Positions 9,622 through 18,860 of a DNA stretch of 64,000 bases are shown piece after piece. Below the pieces are notes generated by a model, which was not told the origin of the DNA, did not search any database, and was given only the letters and a program-made list of their open reading frames with translations. A program made the translations under genes and the position numbers. The stretch comes from Candidatus Binatia bacterium (GTDB lineage: Bacteria; Desulfobacterota; Binatia; UBA9968; CAXXLF01): assembly GCA_963664015.2 (NCBI GenBank), contig CAXXLF010000001.1:256001-320000 (forward strand). Reading direction: 5' to 3'. The first letter of the stretch is position 1. Each line of letters begins with the position of its first letter.

Positions 9622-10695
9622 TCAAACGGCAAGACGATAAAGCCGTTTTGCATTCCCTCCCAGAACCGCCTCCTTGTCCTCCATGGAGAGGTCCTCCCGA
9701 GCCAGAAGCTCATCGATCTCGTGACGACACTTCACGGCATCGAAGACTTCATGGGGGAAATCGCTCCCGAAAAGGAAACCTTCATTACCGGCCTTCTGAA
9801 CGGCGAAACCGAGCCCATCGTCATCCACGTCGAAGCCAACAAAGATTCTGCCGTCACGCATCTGTTTCTTGAAAAAGGCGCTGGCCTTTTCTCCCGGCTT
9901 CGGCCCACCCAGAACTTGACCATTCAAATCCACTTGCATATGACCTTCATGATACGAACGGTCAAGACGGTCCATGAAGAACGGCACCCAGGTTGCACCA
10001 CCCTCGAGAAAACCAACGCTCAGATTGGGAAACCGCTCAAAGACCCCGTGGGAAAGCATGGCCGCAGCCTGGATCATGATACCCACCGGATGTCCCACTG
10101 CATGGACGGGGTAATAGGTGCTGAAAGTGTCCATTCCCAGGTGATGGAGGGCCCCTACGTGCACGGCTACGGCACAATTCAGCTTTTCGGCCTCCTCATA
10201 GATAGGCCAGTACATCTTGTCCCCTAAATGGCTCTTCAATCCCTCGCCGTTGGACGGCAGCATGGCTCCGATCATCCCCTGCTGCGTAACGGCCCGGTGC
10301 AACTCTTCCACGGCAAGGTCTACATCCTGAATCGGTATCAGCGCCATGCCCTTTAGATTCGGACTGTGGCTCAGAAACGTGTCGTACAGCCAGTTGTTGT
10401 AGGCGCGACAGGCTGCAACCGCCCACTCGACCGAGACAAACCGGCCCATGGCCAACCCCCAGGTCGGGTATAGCACGGACCAATCGATCCCCGTTTTCTC
10501 CAAGAACTCAAGCCATTCCTTTGGGCCCGGGTTACCGAACTCGCCCTGGCCAAAGCTGGGTTTCAGGTAATGGAAGTGAAGGTGGTCGAGGATAGGGAAA
10601 ACCTGCGAGGCCCGGCACCCTTTGGGCATGTATTTAACGAGTTCCTCGGACCGTGCCCCGTCGTTGACATGACCGTCTGCGTCGATAACCTGCAT
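9622..10695 (-). CDS. Amidohydrolase family protein (amidohydro_2)
   Basis: VIDADGHV, CRAYNNWL, AVHVG, FLEGG, FGSDFPHE; ATG at 10695 after AAGGAGG. Confidence 0.92.
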   Translation of the reverse strand: MQVIDADGHVNDGARSEELVKYMPKGCRASQVFPILDHLHFHYLKPSFGQGEFGNPGPKEWLEFLEKTGIDWSVLYPTWGLAMGRFVSVEWAVAACRAYNNWLYDTFLSHSPNLKGMALIPIQDVDLAVEELHRAVTQQGMIGAMLPSNGEGLKSHLGDKMYWPIYEEAEKLNCAVAVHVGALHHLGMDTFSTYYPVHAVGHPVGIMIQAAAMLSHGVFERFPNLSVGFLEGGATWVPFFMDRLDRSYHEGHMQVDLNGQVLGGPKPGEKASAFFKKQMRDGRIFVGFDVDDDGLGFAVQKAGNEGFLFGSDFPHEVFDAVKCRHEIDELLAREDLSMEDKEAVLGGNAKRLYRLAV

Positions 10696-10765
10696 ACGCG
10701 CACCTCCTTGCAATAATTGAAATCAAACCCTGTCGCACAGTCAGCCCGGGATTCCTAAAGCAGCT

Positions 10766-12268
10766 TCATCGCCGACCGGAGCCCAGGCCCTCCAGGTGCG
10801 ACCACTTTTTCAAGACTTCTTTCTTGTACTCAGGGCTTACCGCAGTAACCTTGGGGAATTGCTTCATCCAGTTATAGGGTCTGCAGGCATCGATGACAAT
10901 ACAGGAGCTCACCCATTGCTTTCGCTCTCTCTGCTCCGGTGAAATCCTTGGATTGAGGGAACTAGCCGCCACGTCGACAATTTCCGACGCTGTCTTGGGA
11001 TCCCAGCGCGAGGAGACCGCCCAGAGTACTTCGTTCAAATTGGTGATGTCGATGTCGTCGTCCACCACGATAACCATTCGTACATCCCGTCCCCCATCCC
11101 GTGTGGCCAAGACCCCGTAGCCTAACTGCTTGGCGTGGCCCGGATAACGCTGCTTGATAGCCACGACCACAACAAATCGTCCCTGATGAGGGAACCACAC
11201 ACCCTGGATATCCGGCAAACCCGCCCGCTCCAGTGCGGACCAGATATTCGCCGACCGGATATACATGTAGATCTGGCTGTTCAAATAAGTCTTGAGAGGC
11301 GGATCACCCGTCAGGATGGGATCCGTGCGATGATACAGAGCGTCAACCCGAACTACGGGTGCACGATGGGCATCGGAGGCATAATATCCGGGCCACTCCC
11401 CGAAGGGACCTTCCTCCCGGGCCTCGCGATCCGGCGGCGGCACGTGCCCTTCGATGACGATCTCGGCAAATGCGGGGATCGGGAGGCCCGTGACCGGCCC
11501 TTTGTGAACCGGAACTGGCATGCTCAAAAGCCCGCCAAGGAAATCGTATTCGCTAACCTTCCAGGGTATGCCCACAGCACTGGCAAGAATCATTGACGGA
11601 GGAAGACCACAAACGATCGCTACGGGGCAATCCTCCCCTTTGGCCCAGTATTTTTGAGCAATGATATCCCCGTGCTTACCGGGAACGATGAACAGGCCCA
11701 CATGCTTGTCGTCGTGGAGCTGTATCCGGTAAGTCCCTACGTTCACATAGCCGGAATCCGGGTCGCGACAGATAACCGAATCGAAGGTCCCAATGTACCG
11801 GCCCCCATCGTCTTCGTGCCATTGGGGAACCGGGAACTGGAGCAGATTGACATCAGCGCCGCTAGCCGAATTCTCCAACCACGCCGCCTTGCCGACTTCC
11901 CCCGGCGGAATCGGCTTTAAGCTACCCAAGCGATCCTTAACGGCCTGTACGAGTCCGATACCCGTGACCTCCGGTGGCATGCCCAGCGCTATGGCCTCCC
12001 GGATCGGCGACATTAAAATATTACTGAGGACTCGATACCCCTTTGGATAATCAGGGATTGCATCGAAGAGCAGAGCCGGAGGGTTCGGCGCCCCCGCATA
12101 AATCTCGGTCAAGGCACCGATTTCCTTGTCCCAGTGAGCACCCTGGATTTCCAGGAGCTCTCCAGCCGCCTTTGCTTGTTTTAAAAACGACCGTAAATCG
12201 AACGCTGCCTCCGGTTCGGTTTTTTTACTCCCCACGAAAAATCCTCCGATCTCGGATCCCTTTCCCAA
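10766..12268 (-). CDS. UbiD family (prFMN-dependent) decarboxylase
   Basis: HEDDGGRYIGT, NVGTYR, EEGPFGEWPGYY, IVVDDDIDI; start uncertain. Confidence 0.93.
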   Translation of the reverse strand: MGKGSEIGGFFVGSKKTEPEAAFDLRSFLKQAKAAGELLEIQGAHWDKEIGALTEIYAGAPNPPALLFDAIPDYPKGYRVLSNILMSPIREAIALGMPPEVTGIGLVQAVKDRLGSLKPIPPGEVGKAAWLENSASGADVNLLQFPVPQWHEDDGGRYIGTFDSVICRDPDSGYVNVGTYRIQLHDDKHVGLFIVPGKHGDIIAQKYWAKGEDCPVAIVCGLPPSMILASAVGIPWKVSEYDFLGGLLSMPVPVHKGPVTGLPIPAFAEIVIEGHVPPPDREAREEGPFGEWPGYYASDAHRAPVVRVDALYHRTDPILTGDPPLKTYLNSQIYMYIRSANIWSALERAGLPDIQGVWFPHQGRFVVVVAIKQRYPGHAKQLGYGVLATRDGGRDVRMVIVVDDDIDITNLNEVLWAVSSRWDPKTASEIVDVAASSLNPRISPEQRERKQWVSSCIVIDACRPYNWMKQFPKVTAVSPEYKKEVLKKWSHLEGLGSGRR

Positions 12269-12288
12269 TTATTCTTGTCGCGCCCACG

Positions 12289-12804
12289 CTACTTCTGCGC
12301 CTCGGGCTTGAGGTAGGGCATTACGGAGGCCATGACGGCCAAAAGATTCATGAGCAAAGGGGATGGAATAATCCGGAGATACTTGACCGGCGTATCCGAG
12401 TTCACGAAATGCTGGTGAAAGGTATCCGGTGGAACGTACATGGCGTCTCCTGCCGACCATTCAACCCGTTGTTCTCCTACGATGCTGGTACCGCTTCCCT
12501 CCAACCAGTAGATATAGGCCTCGCCATGAGTGTGCCCCTCACTCGCCTGCGCACCGCACGGAATCTCAGAGATGGCTAAGTTGCACAGCGAATTTTCAAA
12601 CCCCAGGCGAAAGTCGATCAGGTTACCGTGTTTTTCACCATTGGCACCGTCGCGCCACTGGATTTCGTCCGCACGAATCATGATCCGGGATTTTTTCTTA
12701 GCCTCTAGGATCTGCTGATACAGATCGGCGGCCTCCGGAACCCTTGCGGTGACCTCCCGCTCCTGCAGCGACTTAAATTGCTCCCCGTGTTTGGGAATCC
12801 ACAT
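12289..12804 (-). CDS. Cupin domain protein
   Basis: GHTHGEA...GDAMYVPPDTFHQH cupin motifs. Confidence 0.9.
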   Translation of the reverse strand: MWIPKHGEQFKSLQEREVTARVPEAADLYQQILEAKKKSRIMIRADEIQWRDGANGEKHGNLIDFRLGFENSLCNLAISEIPCGAQASEGHTHGEAYIYWLEGSGTSIVGEQRVEWSAGDAMYVPPDTFHQHFVNSDTPVKYLRIIPSPLLMNLLAVMASVMPYLKPEAQK

Positions 12805-12882
12805 GGCAACAGCTCCTTCAATCGGTCAAAGAAATTTCACCCGTCTCTCATTTTCTCTCGTGCCCATCGGGAGGGCGCCTTC

Positions 12883-13929
12883 TCAGGCCGACACAATATC
12901 CTTTCCCGCAACATAATCGGGATGCAGTTGCATCTGGACGAAATCGGATGCTACCTGCTCCCACCAGGGCCAGTAAAACAAGACAATCCAACGGCAGCCG
13001 GAACCGGCCTTTGTGTTGAAATGCTGATGTTCTATCCCTCCGGGTTTCACTGGAAACAGGATAAGGTCATTGGTTTGCCAGTCGTATCTCTTGCCGTCAC
13101 AGACCGTATACCCCTCTCCTTCAGTCACATAGATGATCAACCCCCCCTGGTGTTTGTGCTTACCCGAATGGATCCGGATGTCCTGGGCAAAAACGGTCCA
13201 ATCCAGTAAGGCGTTACGCTTGAATTCGGGGTTGAGGTAATAGCAGACCTTTCCCATCCGATTCTGCTCCCAACTCATGTCCGCGCCGCGGACCAAAATA
13301 TTCCCTGTCTCGTACCTTTCTCGAATCTTCATCCAACTCTCGAAATCACGGTCGTATTGGCTCGTCAAGCTGGTGGGAGCGTCGGTGCGTTGGACCGGGT
13401 CCGGAACCCTCTTCCCGTTACCCTGAGCCAGGTCATTCTCGGTAATCTTTCCACCGGGCTCCAGCTCCTCAAACCCGGATCCCTTATCGACACCCAGGGA
13501 ATGGGCCGTATTGAGCTCGCACGCGAGGAACGACGCATTGGAGCCTTTGTCGACATTGAGGTGCTGGTACTCGACCCCCTCCCTCAAGATGGGTAAGGTC
13601 AGTAGATCGCCGGCGCCCCATTCGTAGATCTCACCGTTGACACGTGTGCGCATCCTGCCCTCGAGTCCGTAAAACAAGACGCCGCCCTGGCACCTCTGTA
13701 AACCGCTTTTCCAGCCAGGATTCAACTGCTGGGTATAGAGCACATAGGCATTCCAGGCGCTCTCGAAGCAAGGATGCATAAACCATTTCATCTTACCGTG
13801 CTGGTTTTTTTCCCACGGTAGTTCCATGTCCTTAATTATAATAGCCTGTTTTTGCGCCACTTGACGCTGTTTGTCTCGAAGCTCGAGGAGTTCATCAAAA
13901 AGACTCATGTAAAGGTTCCTCCGTTCCAA
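12883..13929 (-). CDS. Bicupin protein (gentisate 1,2-dioxygenase-like fold)
   Basis: Two cupin repeats; C-terminal repeat has SGKHKHQGG and EHQHFN, N-terminal repeat lacks the first His pair (SGLQRCQGG). Confidence 0.8.
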   Translation of the reverse strand: MERRNLYMSLFDELLELRDKQRQVAQKQAIIIKDMELPWEKNQHGKMKWFMHPCFESAWNAYVLYTQQLNPGWKSGLQRCQGGVLFYGLEGRMRTRVNGEIYEWGAGDLLTLPILREGVEYQHLNVDKGSNASFLACELNTAHSLGVDKGSGFEELEPGGKITENDLAQGNGKRVPDPVQRTDAPTSLTSQYDRDFESWMKIRERYETGNILVRGADMSWEQNRMGKVCYYLNPEFKRNALLDWTVFAQDIRIHSGKHKHQGGLIIYVTEGEGYTVCDGKRYDWQTNDLILFPVKPGGIEHQHFNTKAGSGCRWIVLFYWPWWEQVASDFVQMQLHPDYVAGKDIVSA

Positions 13930-13933
13930 TCAT

Positions 13934-16051
13934 CTAAGAGTGTTTACCGGGACGAGGATAGCACTTGACCCGCTCCAGATGGAGGCACTGGTCGCAGAAC
14001 CACCCCGCCAGTTCGAATAAACCATCGGCGGCCAACGAGCGACAATAAGGCGCCACCGATGTCCACGGAATAATAAAGAAGCTGTTGTTTGACAGGTGGG
14101 CGCCGCAACCGCGGCATTGGCCCATATCCTCGCTCCAAAGATTCTCTTCTATATCAGAAACCGATCCAACAAAGGCAGGATACGAGGCCGATGCCTGACT
14201 TGACACCCGCTGGCCACGGGCACTTGCCCGACCCTGACGGATTGAATCCCTCGTCCGACGGGTTGCTTCAGTATCCAAGGTCCAGGAAGAATCGCAGGCG
14301 ACCCCATAGACTTCCGTCGCCCACTGCACTGACACCAGTCCTTCTTTGACGTCCCGCGCCACTGCCACGGGGTCTCGTTGCAGCGGGTCTCCCCAACCAC
14401 CGCCACCAGAGGCACTGCAGTGAAATAGATCGTCCTGGTCAAGCCAGTTACGTCCAAACGCCTGTGGCATCTCCTGCTTCCCACCGACGAGTGCCAAATC
14501 CTGAGGCACAACCCCTTGCTGAAACAGTTCGGCGGCGTTGGAGTCCCGCAGGATGACCATCTCGTTGCAAGCACCCGGGTACCCCCCGTCCAGTCCCAGG
14601 GAACTGGGACAGGCGATTCCATGGGAATGCAGGATCAGATTCGGGATCGTGGAGACACCGTGGGGCTTGAACGCTACCGATATGCCAGCCCCACCCCTGT
14701 ACCTTCCGGCACCAGCCGAATCGACGGCCTGGCGGCGGTAGAGGTAAAGGATCGGGTAGCGGAGCTCGTTTGTTTCGACATTCGGAATACCCACCTCAGG
14801 CTCGCTGCCGCTACCTGTATCGATACCGTCCTGGGTCCCCCGCGCACCTCCACCTGCACCCAATCCGCAGTCGGTAAACACACCTGCGAAATCTTGGCCA
14901 TATTGATCCGAACCCGAAAAGTCCAGCAGCGCCATGTGACCACGTAGCCCGGTGGTGGCCCGCTTTTCCAACTCTCCACCTCGCATCATCTGCCCCAAAC
15001 AGCTAGTCACCGCCTGGAAGACCGCATAGGTTCCGGAAGTGGTCCCCTTGCAGACACCCGCTGGCCAGTTACAGTTGACGAACGTCCCCGGGTCCGCATG
15101 AATCCGGCAGACACGAAAGACACCCCCCGGGCAGGGGGATATGGCAAAGCCAAAAACCGCCATAACGGCCCGAATCACGTAGCCTTCCAAGGCCGGCAGG
15201 GTGACGTTGATAACACCCGGTGCTTGCTCGGAAGAGCCGGAAAAATCAAACGTAAGCCGGTCCCCTTCCTTGGTCAAGGTCACCCGGCACACGTAGATCT
15301 GGAGCCTCTCACGGTCGAAATAGTCCAGATAGGAAACATCGGACCAGGAGCCGTCGGGAATCTCCCTCAGGAGGGTCCTGAGCTTGGTTTCCGTTGTATC
15401 GATGATGTGTTGCATGGTCTCTCTGACCGTGTCCAAACCATAGCGCTCGACAGCTTCGAAAAATCTGCGCTGCATGATGGTATTCGCCGAGATTTTTGCC
15501 CTAAGGTCGATAGCGTTCTGAGCTGGAGTTCGCGAGCGCCTGAGATAGTCGTGCTCGATATCGCGCCGCACCGTGCCCCGTTCAACGATCTTCACCGGCG
15601 GTAGCGGTGGCGCCTCCTCCCATATGGACTGGGCGCCGAGAGAAACCTGCCCGGGAGTCGGCCCGCCGGCATCGGCTACATGGATACCTGCACCGGTCCA
15701 CCCCACTCGCTGTCCCTCCCAGTAAACAGGTCCGACAACCACTGCACAGGTTTGATGCGGTGTACAGATGTAGGGATCGTTGGTCAGAAAGAGGTCTCCC
15801 TGAGCAAGGCCCGGGTTGTCGGCATAAGTATTATGGATGTACTTGGAGGCATAGATGCAACTGAGAGCATGGGTCACGATAGTCGGCCCCACGATTACCG
15901 CCTCGCCATTCTCGTCCAGCAGGGCAACGTTGCAATCATTGGATAGAGCCACCGTGGGGGATCCGGACACATTGCGCAGTGCGATGGCCCCCTCCCTGAC
16001 GATAGTCATAAAGCGGTGCCGAAGGATTTCGAATGTGATGGCATCTAACAT
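13934..16051 (-). CDS. Hydantoinase B/oxoprolinase family protein with C-terminal Cys4 Zn-ribbon-like extension
   Basis: DAITFEILRH, NDPY, HVADAGG, DSAGAGRYRGG, GGGGWGDPLQRDP; C-terminal CRGC...CDQC. Confidence 0.92.
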   Translation of the reverse strand: MLDAITFEILRHRFMTIVREGAIALRNVSGSPTVALSNDCNVALLDENGEAVIVGPTIVTHALSCIYASKYIHNTYADNPGLAQGDLFLTNDPYICTPHQTCAVVVGPVYWEGQRVGWTGAGIHVADAGGPTPGQVSLGAQSIWEEAPPLPPVKIVERGTVRRDIEHDYLRRSRTPAQNAIDLRAKISANTIMQRRFFEAVERYGLDTVRETMQHIIDTTETKLRTLLREIPDGSWSDVSYLDYFDRERLQIYVCRVTLTKEGDRLTFDFSGSSEQAPGVINVTLPALEGYVIRAVMAVFGFAISPCPGGVFRVCRIHADPGTFVNCNWPAGVCKGTTSGTYAVFQAVTSCLGQMMRGGELEKRATTGLRGHMALLDFSGSDQYGQDFAGVFTDCGLGAGGGARGTQDGIDTGSGSEPEVGIPNVETNELRYPILYLYRRQAVDSAGAGRYRGGAGISVAFKPHGVSTIPNLILHSHGIACPSSLGLDGGYPGACNEMVILRDSNAAELFQQGVVPQDLALVGGKQEMPQAFGRNWLDQDDLFHCSASGGGGWGDPLQRDPVAVARDVKEGLVSVQWATEVYGVACDSSWTLDTEATRRTRDSIRQGRASARGQRVSSQASASYPAFVGSVSDIEENLWSEDMGQCRGCGAHLSNNSFFIIPWTSVAPYCRSLAADGLFELAGWFCDQCLHLERVKCYPRPGKHS

Positions 16052-16099
16052 CGTTGTTCCGTATTAAACCAGATGGAAATTTCGATCCCTGATCGATCC

Positions 16100-18178
16100 T
16101 TACGGGTTCAGGATGATGTTCCTGTATTCATCGAGTTCGACACTTTGATCCGGATGGATCACGATCGTGGTATTCGAAGCCTCAACTATCGCCGGGCCTT
16201 TGAACGTATGGCCCGCCAATAGGTCTCTAATCTCATAGACCGGTGTCTCTTCAAAAGAATCCGTAAAGTAGACCTGGCGGGTGGTGGAGGCCCTGGGAGC
16301 GCCGACGACGGCCTTGGACTCCGTCTTATGGAGCGCTATCTTGGTGGCCGGAGCCACAGAGACAACGTGAAAAGTCAGGATTTCCGTGCCGGCCTGCCGG
16401 ATAGCACTACCCGTCCCAAAGGTCTCCTCATAGAGATCGACGAAGCGCTGGATCAAACTCTCACCCATTTCCCCGCCTGGGTCCCTTATAACCGGAACCC
16501 TAATCTCGTGGACCTGGTAGCGAAACCGCATATCGACGAACCAGTAGTAGGATACATCCTGCTCCCGGAAATCCGACTTGGCCCAATCGAGACGGCTGCC
16601 CGCTGCAAGCTCCTCCAGGGCGGAACTGATTTTACGGTTATCAAACGGTTCGCGCATGGGGAGTGCTCGCGAGTAGTGACGCCTCAAATCCGAGGCCGCA
16701 ATTCCAAAAGCAGACAGGACGGAGGCAAACAGGGGGATGACCACCTTCTTGACCCCAATGTCGCGGACGTAAGCCCCCATATGGGTCGGGCCCGCACCCC
16801 CATAGGCAAACAAGACAAAGTTACGCGGATCATAGCCTCTCTCAACGGTGAGAGTCCGCACCAGATCGGCCATCCGGGCATCGACGATGTCCACGATCCC
16901 CTTGGCAGCCTCAATGGGATCCATCCCCAGTGGACGCGCGATTTTTTCCTGCACCGCCGCCAATGCACCCTCTTTATCCAGGAGAGCCCTGCCGCCAAAG
17001 AAGCTCCTGGGATCAATCCGACCCAGGATGACGTCGGCATCGGTAACTGTAGGTTCCGCGCCTCCGCGCCGGTAACACACGGGACCTGGTGTCGAACCCG
17101 CACTTTCCGGTCCCACCCGCAGCTCGGAGGTCGCCCCATCAACATAGGCAATACTGCCCCCTCCCGCTCCCACAGATGTGACCTCCACCGTGGGCACACG
17201 GATCCGGTGCCTCTCAACCTCCACCTCATTGGCAAATCTCGGCTGGGAGTCGATGACCAGCCCGACGTCGAAGCTCGTCCCACCCATGTCCGTACAGATC
17301 ACATTAGAGTCGCCAGCAAGTGAGGCCAAGCGGGCCGAACCCATAACCCCCCCGACCGGCCCTGCTGCCAGAGCCCGTATTGGCTGTCGTTCGACCTCTT
17401 CCCGCCAGCCAAGACCACCGTGAGACTGCATGGCCAGGATTCTGCCCGGTAAACCCCGCTCCCTCAGACGGTTCTCTAGCAACTCCAGGTCATGGCGGGC
17501 ACCCGGCGCCAGATACGCGTTCAAGACTGTCGTATTGGCCCGCTCGAACTCGCCCAGGGTTGGTGAGACGTCGGAAGAAAGGCATACGGGCAAGTGGGGC
17601 GCTTTTTCCCCGATAATCTCTTTCACCTCTTGTTCGTGCCGGGAGTTGAGAAAGGACCACAAAAAAATTACTGCAACGGCTTCCACGCCAAGCCTATCCA
17701 GCTCCACAAGGGATTTTTCTACTTCGGCTCGATTGAGGGGGACGACGACCTCTCCCTTGCAATCCATCCGTTCTGAAATTCCCCGGATGGCGGCACCCTC
17801 GGCCAGAGGCTCGGGCTTGTTCCAGGCGGAAAGGTCATAGCGCTGCTCCTCTCTTAGCCCCTCCGTACGTGCCATAATCCTACCGATGCGCATGACATCC
17901 TCATGCCCCTTGGAGAGGAGAACCCCCACGCGGGCACCCTTACGGGCCACTATGCGATTGGTCATGCTCGTTGTCCCTAGGGCGAATACTTGGGACCCTC
18001 CAAGCAAATCTTCGATTTTATTGGATAGAGACCCGGACAGGTTCTGTAGTGCTGCCAGGATACCCTGGCTTAGGTCTTCAGGCGTGGTAAAAGCCTTGTC
18101 GATGCTCACATGGCCGGTGTCATCTATGGCGACACAGTCCGTAAATGTCCCCCCCACATCAATACCAATGACAAACAT
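16100..18178 (-). CDS. Hydantoinase A/oxoprolinase family protein (ATP-binding subunit)
   Basis: IGIDVGGTFTD, DMGGTSFD, GAGGGSIA, GPESAGSTPGPVCY; ATG at 18178. Confidence 0.94.
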   Translation of the reverse strand: MFVIGIDVGGTFTDCVAIDDTGHVSIDKAFTTPEDLSQGILAALQNLSGSLSNKIEDLLGGSQVFALGTTSMTNRIVARKGARVGVLLSKGHEDVMRIGRIMARTEGLREEQRYDLSAWNKPEPLAEGAAIRGISERMDCKGEVVVPLNRAEVEKSLVELDRLGVEAVAVIFLWSFLNSRHEQEVKEIIGEKAPHLPVCLSSDVSPTLGEFERANTTVLNAYLAPGARHDLELLENRLRERGLPGRILAMQSHGGLGWREEVERQPIRALAAGPVGGVMGSARLASLAGDSNVICTDMGGTSFDVGLVIDSQPRFANEVEVERHRIRVPTVEVTSVGAGGGSIAYVDGATSELRVGPESAGSTPGPVCYRRGGAEPTVTDADVILGRIDPRSFFGGRALLDKEGALAAVQEKIARPLGMDPIEAAKGIVDIVDARMADLVRTLTVERGYDPRNFVLFAYGGAGPTHMGAYVRDIGVKKVVIPLFASVLSAFGIAASDLRRHYSRALPMREPFDNRKISSALEELAAGSRLDWAKSDFREQDVSYYWFVDMRFRYQVHEIRVPVIRDPGGEMGESLIQRFVDLYEETFGTGSAIRQAGTEILTFHVVSVAPATKIALHKTESKAVVGAPRASTTRQVYFTDSFEETPVYEIRDLLAGHTFKGPAIVEASNTTIVIHPDQSVELDEYRNIILNP

Positions 18179-18188
18179 ACCAGCCCCT

Positions 18189-18839
18189 TCATCCTCCCCA
18201 TTGTCTGATAAGGTCATCCTTGCTGTATACATCGGGGGCGAGAAGATCAAGCGCCGCCTGATGCAGTCTGGGATCGGTTCCCGCCACACAGTCCCGAACC
18301 ACCGCTAGATAATAGTCCAGGGTGGTGCTAACTCGGGCTGTAGTGAGGACTCCCGAGTGACTGGCCACTCCAACCAGGACCAGGGTCTTGATTTCACGCG
18401 ACCGCAGCATCTTTTCCAATGGGGTACCCTGAAAACAGCTAAAGGAAAACTTGTCGAAGACCAGCTCCGCTGGTAGAGGGGTAAGCTCGTCCACGATCTC
18501 GTGCCCCCACGTGTTCAGCACCACGTTAGGCTCCGCTCCCCTCTGACCCCGCTTGAGTAAATGGTGTAAGTGGACCGGTGATTCGTCTGCTCCCCCCGGA
18601 AAATGACTGGCCCTTGAGAAGGCGACCATCACATTGGAATGTCTCGCGGATTTTAGGATCTCGGCGGTCTGGGTAACCGCTTTACGAACCGATTCCTTAG
18701 CCTCTCGGATCCGATCGAACAACTTGCCACCCGGCGCGCAGAAATCGTTTTGCATATCGTGGACCAGAAGGGCCGTATGACGCGGGCGAACAATCTCCTC
18801 TAAGCTCTCAAAAATTTCCTTTCCATTAAGGCGCTCCAT
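18189..18839 (-). CDS. Isochorismatase-family hydrolase
   Basis: TALLVHDMQNDF, FDKFSFSCF, LVGVASHSGVLTTAR. Confidence 0.9.
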   Translation of the reverse strand: MERLNGKEIFESLEEIVRPRHTALLVHDMQNDFCAPGGKLFDRIREAKESVRKAVTQTAEILKSARHSNVMVAFSRASHFPGGADESPVHLHHLLKRGQRGAEPNVVLNTWGHEIVDELTPLPAELVFDKFSFSCFQGTPLEKMLRSREIKTLVLVGVASHSGVLTTARVSTTLDYYLAVVRDCVAGTDPRLHQAALDLLAPDVYSKDDLIRQWGG

Positions 18840-18860
18840 CGATCGCTACCTATGCTCCAT

